From Solibacteraceae bacterium (GTDB lineage Bacteria; Acidobacteriota; Terriglobia; Bryobacterales; Bryobacteraceae): DNA of 64,000 nucleotides. Under the pieces are notes generated by a model. The model saw nothing but the letters and a program-made list of their open reading frames with translations. It had not been told where the DNA came from and searched no databases. Positions 18,371-29,488 of the stretch are shown here, piece after piece. The translations under genes were made by a program, and so were the position numbers. The DNA is taken from assembly GCA_037444625.1 (NCBI GenBank), contig JBBIMA010000018.1:1-64000 (forward strand), given 5' to 3'. The stretch's first letter is position 1. Every line of letters starts with the position of its first letter.

Positions 18371-20083
18371 TCACTCTCCTCGCAAGAAGTTGGGCGAACC
18401 ATGGAGCGCCGCGGCCGCGAGACCCCGTTGCGGCTCGCCCGCTCCATGGACCGCCTGGGTGGCTCCGCGTGATCGCGCGATCACGCCGGCTTCGTCCGGC
18501 TCTCCGGCCGAAGCCTGAAACCGGGGGCCATCCGCCCCCTCCCTTCGAAAAACGATGGCGATGCCGTCGTCATACACCAGCCGCCATCGCCGGGATTCCT
18601 TGAGCAGACTGGCGAGGGCCGAATCGGCCCGCAGGACCGCCGTCCGGGGACCGTAGCGGTCCAGGCTCTCGCGCCAGTCGTAACGGCCCCGCACCAGATC
18701 CAATAGCTCGAGGCCCAGCCGGGCGCCGTAGAAATCGCTGCGCCCGTCAATGAATACCCGGGTGCGGGGATAAAGCCGGTAGATCAGGTAATCGCCCCAC
18801 TCGTCGTCCGAGAAAACGTCGCCGGCCAGCGCCTCCGGCCCCAGGGCCTGGATGGCGGCCGCCGGATAGCGCTTGGGATCGTAGTCGGCGCGGAATTTCT
18901 CGGGCGCGCCGGGCAGCCACAGCAGCGCACCCACGCCCGCCAGGGCGGCGGCGCTCAGCCAGGGCACGCGGGCGGCGCGGTCCACCTCGCCCAGCTCGGC
19001 GGAAAAGCCTCTCAGCGAGGCGGCCGCCCGGCGCAGCCACGCCGGGACGCCGGCCTCAGCCAGCCCGTCGAGGGCCTCGCGCAGGCTCCGGGCGATGATC
19101 GGGGCGGCCAGGAAGGCGAAAATCGGGATATTTCTGGCCGCGAGCAGCGCCAGGTGTCCCCAACCAAGGAGCAGGATTGCGTGCGTATACCGGCGCCGGC
19201 AGAGGCACCAGAAAGCCGCCACGGCGCCCGCCGCCAACAATGCTTCGAAGTAAATGGCCGCCGGATGATGGAAACTCAGCGACAGAAATTCGTTGATGTT
19301 ATTGAAATGGTAAGAGTCCGTGAGATACCGCAGGATGTGGGCGTGCAGGCGCCAGGTGTAAGGGTTCAGAAAGCTGGCGAGCAGGCAGCCGGCGGCGCAC
19401 AGCAGGTAGGGCCGGACTCGCAGGAGTGAGGCGCGGCGCTCGGCCGCCTCCGGACTCAACAGCCAGGCGGCCAGCTCGCCAGCGGCATAGGCGCCGATCA
19501 AAAGGATGCCCACGAAAAAGCCGCCGTGCAGGTTGGTCCACAGGATAGTGAGCGGCGGCAGCCACCAGAGCAGCCGGCGGCGGCCTTCCCGGACCTGCTC
19601 CAACAGGCCGTAAAAAATGATCACGAGCAGCAGGGTGAACAGATGGGGCCGCGCCAGCCAGTGGATCGAGGAGGCGGCCAGCGCCAGGAAGGTCACCCCG
19701 ATCGCCAGCAGCACGTCCCCGCTCTGGGCCCGCGCCAGGCGGTACAGGAGCGCTCCCCCGAGCGAGATTACGGCCAGGCTGGCCAGCACGACCGCCGCCA
19801 TGCCCCAGTGCAGATGCAGCCAGCCGAAGACCACGTCCCAAAGCCACTCCCAGGCGTACCAGGGCTGGCCCGCCTTGGTGAAGGAGAACAGGTCGCGCTC
19901 GGGCACGCGCCCGTGGGCCAGGATCCACTCGCCGGTGCGCAGGTGCCAGCCGGTGTCCCCGTCGCTCAGCATGGAGCGGGCCCCATCCAGGCGCAGGAAT
20001 AGAAGCAGCGCCGGCATCAGGAAGGCCGCGTCGGCCAAGGAAGGCATCCAGCCTATGCGCCGGCTTGGTCCAGGCTGCTTCAT
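18371..20083 (-). CDS. polytopic membrane protein, putative GT-C (ArnT/PMT-like) glycosyltransferase
   Basis: About 570 aa with more than 10 TM helices. An acidic first periplasmic loop (SDGDTGWHLRTGEW, PERD) precedes a ~180-aa C-terminal soluble domain. It lies 5 nt upstream of flp; start chosen at MKQPGPS. The Gly-rich N-terminal extension in the ORF track overlaps pilZ and is probably not translated. Confidence 0.45.
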   Translation of the reverse strand: MKQPGPSRRIGWMPSLADAAFLMPALLLFLRLDGARSMLSDGDTGWHLRTGEWILAHGRVPERDLFSFTKAGQPWYAWEWLWDVVFGWLHLHWGMAAVVLASLAVISLGGALLYRLARAQSGDVLLAIGVTFLALAASSIHWLARPHLFTLLLVIIFYGLLEQVREGRRRLLWWLPPLTILWTNLHGGFFVGILLIGAYAAGELAAWLLSPEAAERRASLLRVRPYLLCAAGCLLASFLNPYTWRLHAHILRYLTDSYHFNNINEFLSLSFHHPAAIYFEALLAAGAVAAFWCLCRRRYTHAILLLGWGHLALLAARNIPIFAFLAAPIIARSLREALDGLAEAGVPAWLRRAAASLRGFSAELGEVDRAARVPWLSAAALAGVGALLWLPGAPEKFRADYDPKRYPAAAIQALGPEALAGDVFSDDEWGDYLIYRLYPRTRVFIDGRSDFYGARLGLELLDLVRGRYDWRESLDRYGPRTAVLRADSALASLLKESRRWRLVYDDGIAIVFRREGADGPRFQASAGEPDEAGVIARSRGATQAVHGAGEPQRGLAAAALHGSPNFLRGE

Positions 20084-20088
20084 CGCAG

Positions 20089-20502
20089 TCACATCAACAG
20101 GTGGCGAAACGCCTCCAGGTTCTCCACCACGCCCATCCGCGGGCTTTCCGAGTCCCGGAATTTCATCTGGTGAACCCGAAAAGCCACCGCCGCCCGACCC
20201 TCCGCCGGCCGCGCCACCCGCACCGCGGTGGCTTGGCAGTACAGGCATTTGCGGCCGAAGGAGTGATTGGCGGGCAATTCCACCTCCAGATCCAAAAGCT
20301 GGCCGATCTTAGGCAAGCGGCCCGCCTCGCGCGAATTCCAAAGGACGAGCATTCCTCCCCGGCTGATATTGGCGGTCAGCCCCACCAATACGCGCGAATT
20401 TCCCCTCAACGTGGGCAAATGACAAGGAAGCTGCACCTCCAGCCGCGGGTCGAGACGCCGGTCCATCATCCTTGAGTATTGCCGTTCCCCGGTCTGATTC
20501 AA
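20089..20502 (-). CDS. PilZ domain protein (c-di-GMP binding)
   Basis: RxxxR (RRLDPRLEV) and DxSxGG-like (ANISRGGM) PilZ motifs; first gene of the minus-strand Tad cluster. Confidence 0.7.
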   Translation of the reverse strand: MNQTGERQYSRMMDRRLDPRLEVQLPCHLPTLRGNSRVLVGLTANISRGGMLVLWNSREAGRLPKIGQLLDLEVELPANHSFGRKCLYCQATAVRVARPAEGRAAVAFRVHQMKFRDSESPRMGVVENLEAFRHLLM

Positions 20503-20717
20503 GATTGAAAATGGATGACATGGTTTTGTTGACCGAGGTTAGCCGGTTGGATACCAGGCTTTGGTACGGCCTGCCGGGTGACGGCTAGCACTTTGGTAAC
20601 AGCCGGCCCGCCTGCGGGGTCGGTCCGGGGGCGCAATGGGGTCTGGGCAGGGCGGAGGGACGGCCCGCGGGGCGGGGGCCCGGGTACTATCCGGCCGCAG
20701 GCAGAACAGTTCTGGGA

Positions 20718-20743
20718 GTACCGTTTAAAACGTACCCTTTAAA
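20718..20743. promoter_or_regulatory. AT-rich divergent promoter region with direct repeat GTACC(G/C)TTTAAA x2
   Basis: GTACCGTTTAAAACGTACCCTTTAAA lies in an AT-rich island unusual for this GC content. It sits between the divergent pilZ/Tad operon and the LuxR regulator, followed by TATGCTATT (-10-like). Confidence 0.3.
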
Positions 20744-20855
20744 TTTTGTTTCACTTTCCCGTCCTCTGGTGCTATGCTATTCCCTACCGGAGTATCCGCC
20801 GCCTACGGCGTCGGCCCGCGGGCGCCTGAGGGGCGGAGCAAGGAAGGTGACGACA

Positions 20856-21635
20856 ATGGCGCGCGTGGCCCTATTCACCGACGAACCCGTGCTGGCTACC
20901 GGCTTGACGGCCACTCTGGCGGCCGCCCCCGGCCTCGAGTTGGTCTCCGTCGCCAGCGATCCCGCACGGCTGCCCGGCTGCCTCGAGGAGGTCCGGCCCG
21001 ACATCCTGGTGATGGATCTCATCCCCGAAGTCAGCTTCGGCCTGCTCAGCCAACTGCACCGCCAGGCGCCCGAGTGCCGGCTGGTGCTTTGGACCCGCAC
21101 CATCTCGATGGAGCTGGCCTACCAGGTGATGGACCTGGGCGTGCGCGGCATCCTGAAAAAGACCCTGCCCCCGGAACTGGTGGTCAAATGCCTGACCAAG
21201 GTGGCCGAAGGCGAGCTCTGGTTCGACAAGAGCCTCACCGCCAGCTTCCTCACCGCGCGCACGGTCTCGCTGACCAACCGCGAGAGCCAACTGGTGACGC
21301 TGCTGGCGCAGGGCCTCAAGAACAAGGAAATCGCCACCGCCTTGTCCATCTCGGAAGGCACCGTGAAGGTCTATCTCTCGCGCTTGTTCCAGAAGGTGGG
21401 GGTGAAAGACCGCTTCGAGCTGGCTCTTTACGGGCTGCGCAATCTCCAGAACCTGCAAAACCTCGGGGCCGGGCCGGTGGAATTCCTGCCCGCCGGAGAG
21501 CCGGGCCGTGCCCCGGCACGCTTCCAGCCCTTGCGCTCGCTGGTGGTCGAACGCCCCGAGGCGGCCTTCCGCCGGCCCATGCTGCCCGCCAAAGGGGCCG
21601 GCCCCCGCGTCGCTTTTGGAAACCAGAGAGCCTGA
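20856..21635 (+). CDS. LuxR/FixJ (NarL-type) response regulator
   Basis: ATG preceded by AGGAAGG. Receiver domain (LVMDL) plus a C-terminal LuxR HTH (NKEIATALSISEGTVKVYLSRLFQKVGV). Confidence 0.8.
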   Translation: MARVALFTDEPVLATGLTATLAAAPGLELVSVASDPARLPGCLEEVRPDILVMDLIPEVSFGLLSQLHRQAPECRLVLWTRTISMELAYQVMDLGVRGILKKTLPPELVVKCLTKVAEGELWFDKSLTASFLTARTVSLTNRESQLVTLLAQGLKNKEIATALSISEGTVKVYLSRLFQKVGVKDRFELALYGLRNLQNLQNLGAGPVEFLPAGEPGRAPARFQPLRSLVVERPEAAFRRPMLPAKGAGPRVAFGNQRA

Positions 21636-21678
21636 TTCGCCCAAGCAGGCCTATAATTAACCGAGGGTCACGGCGAGG

Positions 21679-23379
21679 ATGCTGGCGTGGTGGGCCATCG
21701 TCTCGGGTCTTACTGCGGCAAGACCGCGCCGCGTGGAAATCCCCAATTTCTTGCGCTGCGCCGCCCCGCCCCGCAGCCGCCGTTGGCCCTGCTTCGCCGC
21801 TTCGGCCGGCCTGCACCTGGCGGCGGTCCTCCTGCTGCCGGCGCTGAGCGACTGGCTGGCGGCTACCCAGCCGGCGGTCTGGGTGCGGCGCTACCGCTTG
21901 CTGCCCTCGGTCGAGATTCGCGTGCCCGAGCGCCTCTATCTGGCTTCGACCGGACGCTCGCCGGCCCGCAAGAGCCGCCCGAAGGCCGCGCCGCCCCGCC
22001 GCAACAGCCGGGCCGAAACGCCCGGACGGTCGAATAGGACCGACGGCACGCAGGCGGGCAACCGGCGGCCCAGGCGCTTTCAACTCCCGCGTTTGCGGGC
22101 GCGCCAGACCGACCAAACGCTGTTACAGCCCGATTTCCCCCCGGATCTTCCCGTGCTGAGCCGCATCAGCCTGCCCCAGGTCTTTTTCTGGGCCCCGCCC
22201 CCCTCGCCGGTCCTGCCCATCCGCAAGCCCTTCGTGATACCGGGCAGCGCCGAGCCGTTCGCCCAACTGCCCCGCCTTGACGCCCCGCCTCAACTGGCGC
22301 CGCCCAACTGGGAGACGCTGGCCAGGGAGCTGGCCGCCGCCTCGGCCCTGCAAGGCCGCCCGGACTCGCTCCTGCTGCCCGCCATCAGCCTGCCCATTCA
22401 GATAGCCGACTCGGCCGTTCCCCAGCCGCAGACGCACATCTCGGTGGACCGTTCGGTGGGCGATCCTCTGAGCGTGCTGGCGCTGAGCCCACGCGTACGA
22501 CCGCTGCGCGAGGAGTTGATCGTGCCGCCCGGCAACCAATTGGCCGAGCTGCTCAGCGCACCGGCCGGGTTAGGGCCGGGGGAAGGAGAAGGGGGCCGGC
22601 AGGGCGAAGGCGGAAAGGCGGGTGAGGGCGCCTCATCCAGCCCCGAGGCGGGCGCAGCCAGGACGGCGGCCGGCCGCGGGCCTGCCGCGGGCCAAACAGC
22701 CGCCGGTACGCAGGCGCAACGCGCCGCCGGCGCGACGGCAGCCTCCGCCGACACCCCACGGCAGCCTGGCGCCGATTCCCGGCCGGTGCCGGTTCGAGCC
22801 GATGGTGATGGCAGGACACCCTCCGCGGCGGGGTCGCCCACGGGGACTCAACTCGCCGCTGCCGGCCAGGCCCCCACGCCAGGAGCGGACCCGGCGGGTT
22901 CAGCCCTGCGCGTCGAACACCCCCCGGGCGGCGTCTTCGATGTCATCGTCGTGCAGCCCGGGCCGATCGAGGGCTTCCCCGAGTCCAGCGGGGCGCTCTC
23001 GGGCCGGCCGGTTTATTCGGTCTTCCTCAAGGTGGGCGCGCCGAGGGAATGGATTCTCCAGTATTGCGTCCCCGGAGAGGATCAGAGCGTGGTGGTCTCC
23101 GGCGGGGTCGTCCGGCTGGCGAATCCCTCGCCCGTCACCGCACCGTACCCTCGGCTCACCTACTTGCCCCCGTTGCGGCCGCGCCCCGGCGCCTACCTGA
23201 TGGTTCACGGCTTCCTGGATGCCGGGGGGCGATTCCAGCGGCTCCAAGTGCTGCGCGCGGCCGACCGCGAGGAAGGCGCAACGGTGCTGCCCGTATTGGA
23301 TCGCTGGGAATTCCGTCCGGCGATGCGCGACGGCCGCCCGGTGGAAGTGGAGATCCTGCTGGCTATCCCTCGCGGCTGA
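21679..23379 (+). CDS. TonB-C-like energy-transducer family protein (N-terminal TM, long Pro/Ala/Gly-rich linker)
   Basis: TM segment AASAGLHLAAVLLLPAL, a Pro-rich spacer, and a C-terminal TonB_C-like fold (VVSGGVVRLANPSP, LPVLDRWEFRPAMRDGRPVEVEILLAIP). Confidence 0.5.
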   Translation: MLAWWAIVSGLTAARPRRVEIPNFLRCAAPPRSRRWPCFAASAGLHLAAVLLLPALSDWLAATQPAVWVRRYRLLPSVEIRVPERLYLASTGRSPARKSRPKAAPPRRNSRAETPGRSNRTDGTQAGNRRPRRFQLPRLRARQTDQTLLQPDFPPDLPVLSRISLPQVFFWAPPPSPVLPIRKPFVIPGSAEPFAQLPRLDAPPQLAPPNWETLARELAAASALQGRPDSLLLPAISLPIQIADSAVPQPQTHISVDRSVGDPLSVLALSPRVRPLREELIVPPGNQLAELLSAPAGLGPGEGEGGRQGEGGKAGEGASSSPEAGAARTAAGRGPAAGQTAAGTQAQRAAGATAASADTPRQPGADSRPVPVRADGDGRTPSAAGSPTGTQLAAAGQAPTPGADPAGSALRVEHPPGGVFDVIVVQPGPIEGFPESSGALSGRPVYSVFLKVGAPREWILQYCVPGEDQSVVVSGGVVRLANPSPVTAPYPRLTYLPPLRPRPGAYLMVHGFLDAGGRFQRLQVLRAADREEGATVLPVLDRWEFRPAMRDGRPVEVEILLAIPRG

Positions 23380-23458
23380 TCCTGCGGCGGGCGGTACTTG
23401 ACCGATGGGGCTCCCTGTGTTAGGGTGTAGGCATCCCCCGCAGGAGGAGCCCCCAGCG

Positions 23459-24658
23459 ATGCACTCGCTCGTTGTCGGACTGATGGCCCCGGAGGGCCCC
23501 TTGCGCGAGTCGCTCAGCGCCTGCCTGCGCGATTTGCCTGTGCGGGTCTTTTTCGAACCGACAAGCCCCGCGGACTGGGGGGAGTTCCTCGAACGGCTGG
23601 CGCGGCTCGAAACCGACGCGCTGCTGGTGGACGCGGGACGCTGGGGCCAAGCCTTCCACGAGCTGGCGTCACGGGTCAAGTCGGTGAAGCCCGCCCCGCA
23701 CCTGATTGCGGCCGGCACCTCAGACGACGACGCGCTGCGCGCTCACCTGCTGCGCGCCGGGGCCGACGAGTTCCTGGCGCCCCCCTTCGAGCAGAGCCTG
23801 AAGCAGGCGCTGGCCCGGGTCGCCGAGCGCCGGTTGCGCGAGCTGGCGGGTGGCCGGGAGACCGGTAAGCTGGTCGGCCTGATCGGGGCCAAAGGCGGCT
23901 GCGGTGTGACTACCGTGGCCTACTTGCTGGCCCTGGCGCTGCGCCGGCTCACCCAGACCAAAGTTCTGCTGGCGGATCTGGACTGGCCCGGCGGCATGGT
24001 CGGCTTCCTGACCAAGGTTCAAACCCCGTATTCGCTGCTGGACGCCGCCCGGCAGATCCACCGGCTGGACTTGGGTTACTGGAAGACGTTGGTGGGCACG
24101 CACGAGACGGGCTTGGAGGTGCTGCCCGCGCCGGGTCCCGTGCCGCCGGAGACCATCAACGGGGAGCGGCTGCGCGGCGTGCTACGGTTCGCGCGCGCTT
24201 GCTACCAGTGGGTGGTGCTCGACTTGGGCGACTGCTGGCATGAGACCACACCCGTGCCGTGGGAGGATTTCGAGACCCTCTGGCTGGTGAGCGGCGGCGA
24301 CGTCATGAGCCTTTACCAGGCGCGCCGCGCGGCAGGGAGGCTGGCCGAGGGCGGGGCCGACACCGGGCGCCTGCGGCTTCTGCTCAACCGGTGGAAAGGC
24401 GCCGGCCTGCCGGCGGATCTGGTCGAGAGCCTGGTGGGTCTGCCCCCCTACGCCCGCCTGCCGGAGTCGGGCGAGCTGGAAGAGGCCCTTCAGGGTGACC
24501 GGCCCTGGAATCTGGATACCGGCCTGGGCAAGCAGGTTCTCAAGCTGGCGCGGCGCCTGTCGGGGGTGCCCGAGAACCGGCCGCAAGCCGGCCTCTCGCT
24601 GTTGCCCTGGCGGATCACTCTGCGGGAGCGGATTCCGCCGCCGGTCCCTCGCAGCTAG
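23459..24658 (+). CDS. second CpaE/TadZ-like ParA-family ATPase (orphan paralogue)
   Basis: ATG preceded by CAGGAGGAG. Pseudo-receiver N-domain plus deviant Walker A IGAKGGCGVTT; same architecture as cpaE at 14463..15638. Confidence 0.7.
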   Translation: MHSLVVGLMAPEGPLRESLSACLRDLPVRVFFEPTSPADWGEFLERLARLETDALLVDAGRWGQAFHELASRVKSVKPAPHLIAAGTSDDDALRAHLLRAGADEFLAPPFEQSLKQALARVAERRLRELAGGRETGKLVGLIGAKGGCGVTTVAYLLALALRRLTQTKVLLADLDWPGGMVGFLTKVQTPYSLLDAARQIHRLDLGYWKTLVGTHETGLEVLPAPGPVPPETINGERLRGVLRFARACYQWVVLDLGDCWHETTPVPWEDFETLWLVSGGDVMSLYQARRAAGRLAEGGADTGRLRLLLNRWKGAGLPADLVESLVGLPPYARLPESGELEEALQGDRPWNLDTGLGKQVLKLARRLSGVPENRPQAGLSLLPWRITLRERIPPPVPRS

Positions 24659-25004
24659 CGGCGAGCAGCTCGCGCACCGCATCCAAGGCCAGGGCGGCGG
24701 CGTGCGAGGAGGCGGGCGGAAGACCTCCGACGCATCCCTCAATCTCGGCCGCGGTCAGCCCGGCCAGCGCCCCGCGTTCCCGACCGTGGAGCCACTCAGC
24801 CAGCGCCGAGCCGCAGGCGATGGCGGGCGGGCAGCCCTGCGCCTTGAAGCGCACCGCCGCCACCCGGCCGGCCTGCCAGCGCACCCAAACTTGCAGCACG
24901 TCCCCGCAGGCCGGGTTCGATACCAGCACGGTCACGGCCGGCGCCGCAAGCCGGCCCGCGTAGCGCGGCCGGCGAAAATGATCCAGCAGTCGCTCGCTGT
25001 ACAT
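24615..25004 (-). CDS. NifU/IscU/SufU-like Fe-S cluster scaffold protein
   Basis: ERLLDHFRRPRYAG, NPACGD and GCPPAIA cluster-ligand motifs. Confidence 0.7.
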   Translation of the reverse strand: MYSERLLDHFRRPRYAGRLAAPAVTVLVSNPACGDVLQVWVRWQAGRVAAVRFKAQGCPPAIACGSALAEWLHGRERGALAGLTAAEIEGCVGGLPPASSHAAALALDAVRELLAASCEGPAAESAPAE

Positions 25005-25081
25005 GGCGGTTGTGATCCAATGTCCCTGATGCTCCTCTCCATTGTGGCCCAGGAAGGCGGCGCGGGCGGAGGCGGGCGGCC

Positions 25082-25495
25082 GTGACCGGTGCGCGCCTGG
25101 TGGTGGCGGGCCTGATCGAGCGCGAGGGGCGTCTGTTGATTTGCCGGCGCCGAGCCGAGGACCGCCACGGCCGGAAGTGGGAGTTCCCGGGAGGCAAGGC
25201 CGAGCCCGGCGAGAGCCCCGAGGCCGCTCTGCGCCGGGAGCTGGCCGAGGAACTGGGCGTGGAAGCCGAGATCGGCGAAGAGCTGGCCCGCTACCCCTAT
25301 CAATATCCGGGGCGCGAGCCCGTCCTGCTCGTCTTTTGCCGCGTGCGCGCTTGGAAGGGTGAACCTGAGAATCGCGCCTTTGCGGAAATCCGCTGGGAGA
25401 GCCCCGAGCGGCTGGGGCAGTATGACTTCCTGGAAGGCGACCGGGAGTTTCTGCGCCGTCTGGCGGGCGGGGAGCCGGGGCCGCGATGCGGCTGA
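25082..25495 (+). CDS. NUDIX hydrolase (MutT-like)
   Basis: Nudix box GGKAEPGESPEAALRRELAEELGV. Confidence 0.8.
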   Translation: MTGARLVVAGLIEREGRLLICRRRAEDRHGRKWEFPGGKAEPGESPEAALRRELAEELGVEAEIGEELARYPYQYPGREPVLLVFCRVRAWKGEPENRAFAEIRWESPERLGQYDFLEGDREFLRRLAGGEPGPRCG

Positions 25496-25632
25496 AAGGC
25501 GGCGCGGGCGGCTTGAAAGCCCGGGGGGCGGTGCGCTATGGTTGAAACTTCAGCACTTGGGGAGAAAAGGAGTTCAAGGTCTTGTTATCCTGTAAGGCTG
25601 TGAACTTTCCCGTCTCCGGAGGCCGTCCCTGA

Positions 25633-27801
<2,169 letters not shown>

Positions 27802-27823
27802 GCGGCGCCCGGGAGGAAACCCC

Positions 27824-28144
27824 ATGCAGCGGGTCTGCTTCCTGCTCAAGGTGAAGAAGGACCGCCTGGAGGAGTACAAGCGGCGGCACCGCGAGGTCTG
27901 GCCCGAGATGCTTCAGGCCCTGCGCGAGACCGGCTGGCATAACTACTCGCTGTTCCTGCGCGAGGACGGCCTGCTGGTGGGTTACCTGGAGACGCCCGAT
28001 TTTCAGAAGGCGCGGGAGGGCATGGCGGCGCGGGAGGTCAACGCCCGCTGGCAGCGCGAGATGGCGCCCTTTTTCGAGGAGCTGGAGGGGCGCCGTCCGG
28101 ACGAAGGCATGCGCCCGCTGGAAGAGGTCTTCCATCTGGACTGA
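27824..28144 (+). CDS. rhaM: L-rhamnose mutarotase
   Basis: 106 aa; aligns with RhaM/YiiL (EYKRRHREVWPEM, GWHNYSLFL, EVFHLD). Confidence 0.8.
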   Translation: MQRVCFLLKVKKDRLEEYKRRHREVWPEMLQALRETGWHNYSLFLREDGLLVGYLETPDFQKAREGMAAREVNARWQREMAPFFEELEGRRPDEGMRPLEEVFHLD

Positions 28145-28167
28145 GCGGGCCTCGGGCGGGGCGGTGC

Positions 28168-29451
28168 TCAGCGGGCGGCGGCCCGGTCCAGGTAATCGAG
28201 CACCAAGTGGGCCATCGTCCGGACGCCGACCGCCAGGGCGGCTTCGTCGGCGTCGAATTCCGGGGTGTGGAGCATGGCGGTGATGCCGCGGGCGGGGTTG
28301 GCCACGCCCAGCCAGAACATGGCCCCCGGAATTTGTTTCAAATAGAAGGCGAAGTCCTCCGCCCCCATCACCGGCGCCGCCCGCACCACGTTCCCCTCCC
28401 CCAGCACCCGCCGCAACACCGGCAGACTGGCCTCCACCAGCGCCGCGTCGTTCACCGTGGGCGGATTCGAGCGCGGCGACCAGCTCACCTCCGCCCGCGC
28501 CCCGTGCGCCCCCGCCACGCCGCTCACGATCTCCCCCACCAGAGCCATCGCCCGCCGGCGGATCGCCTCGTTGTGCGTCCGCAGCGTCCCCTCCATGCGC
28601 ACTTCCTCCGCCAGGATGTTGTGCCGGTTGCCGCCCTGGATGACGCCCACACTGAGCACCATCGGCTCGACCGGATCCAACCGCCGGCTGCGGACCGTCT
28701 GGAGAGCAGCGATGCACTCGGCCGCCACCACGATCGGGTCAATGCCTTCGTGCGGCCAGGCGGCGTGCACTCTCTTGCCCAGGATGCGGATGGTGAAGGA
28801 GTCCGAAGAGGCCAGCGCCGCACCGGGCGCATAGCCCACCTTGCCCGCCTCCAGGCGCGGGTCGGCATGGAAGGCGAAGATCGCCCGGGGCCGCGGGTTC
28901 TCCAGCGCGCCCTGACGGATCATCTCGGCCGCGCCCGATTCCTCTCCTTCCGGCGCCCCTTCTTCGGCAGGCTGAAAAATGAACTTCACCGAGCCGCGGA
29001 TCTCCCCGCGCATCCGGCTGAGCACTTCGGCCACCCCCAGGGCCACCGTCATGTGCACGTCGTGCCCGCAGGCGTGCTTGACGCCCGGGGTGCGCGAGCG
29101 GTAAGGGACGTCGAGGGTCTCGGTGATCGGCAGGGCGTCCATGTCGGCGCGCACCGCCACGGCCGGACCCGGCAGGGCGCCCTTCAGTAGGGCCACCACT
29201 CCGTGCCGGCTCACCCCGGTGCGCACCTCCTCCAGCCCCAGGGCGCGCAGCTTCTCGGCGATGACCCTTGAGGTGCGCTCCTCGCGGTTGGACAGCTCCG
29301 GATGCATATGAAAATCGCGCCGCTGGGCCGCCAGGGCCGGCTCCAGCGCCTCGACCGCGGCCGCGATGCGCTGCTCGCGACTCTGAGCAAACAACAGCCC
29401 GGGCATGACCAGCACCAACAGGCCGGCCGCCCGCAGAGTACGGGTCCCCAT
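28168..29451 (-). CDS. M20D-family amidohydrolase (aminoacylase/hippurate hydrolase-like), secreted
   Basis: Signal peptide; metal ligands HACGHD, VKFIFQPAEEG and the FAFH region. Confidence 0.8.
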   Translation of the reverse strand: MGTRTLRAAGLLVLVMPGLLFAQSREQRIAAAVEALEPALAAQRRDFHMHPELSNREERTSRVIAEKLRALGLEEVRTGVSRHGVVALLKGALPGPAVAVRADMDALPITETLDVPYRSRTPGVKHACGHDVHMTVALGVAEVLSRMRGEIRGSVKFIFQPAEEGAPEGEESGAAEMIRQGALENPRPRAIFAFHADPRLEAGKVGYAPGAALASSDSFTIRILGKRVHAAWPHEGIDPIVVAAECIAALQTVRSRRLDPVEPMVLSVGVIQGGNRHNILAEEVRMEGTLRTHNEAIRRRAMALVGEIVSGVAGAHGARAEVSWSPRSNPPTVNDAALVEASLPVLRRVLGEGNVVRAAPVMGAEDFAFYLKQIPGAMFWLGVANPARGITAMLHTPEFDADEAALAVGVRTMAHLVLDYLDRAAAR

Positions 29452-29488
29452 GGGGATTCAGATTAGCAGAAGGCCCGGGCGCGCGCCT

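Noticed and set aside
18371-20248. Gly-rich 55-codon N-terminal extension of the membrane-protein ORF (20084..20248)
   Set aside because: It overlaps the pilZ coding region in another frame and is pure low-complexity (GAGGAAGGGSGGGG). An internal ATG at 20083 gives a clean 5-nt intergenic spacing.
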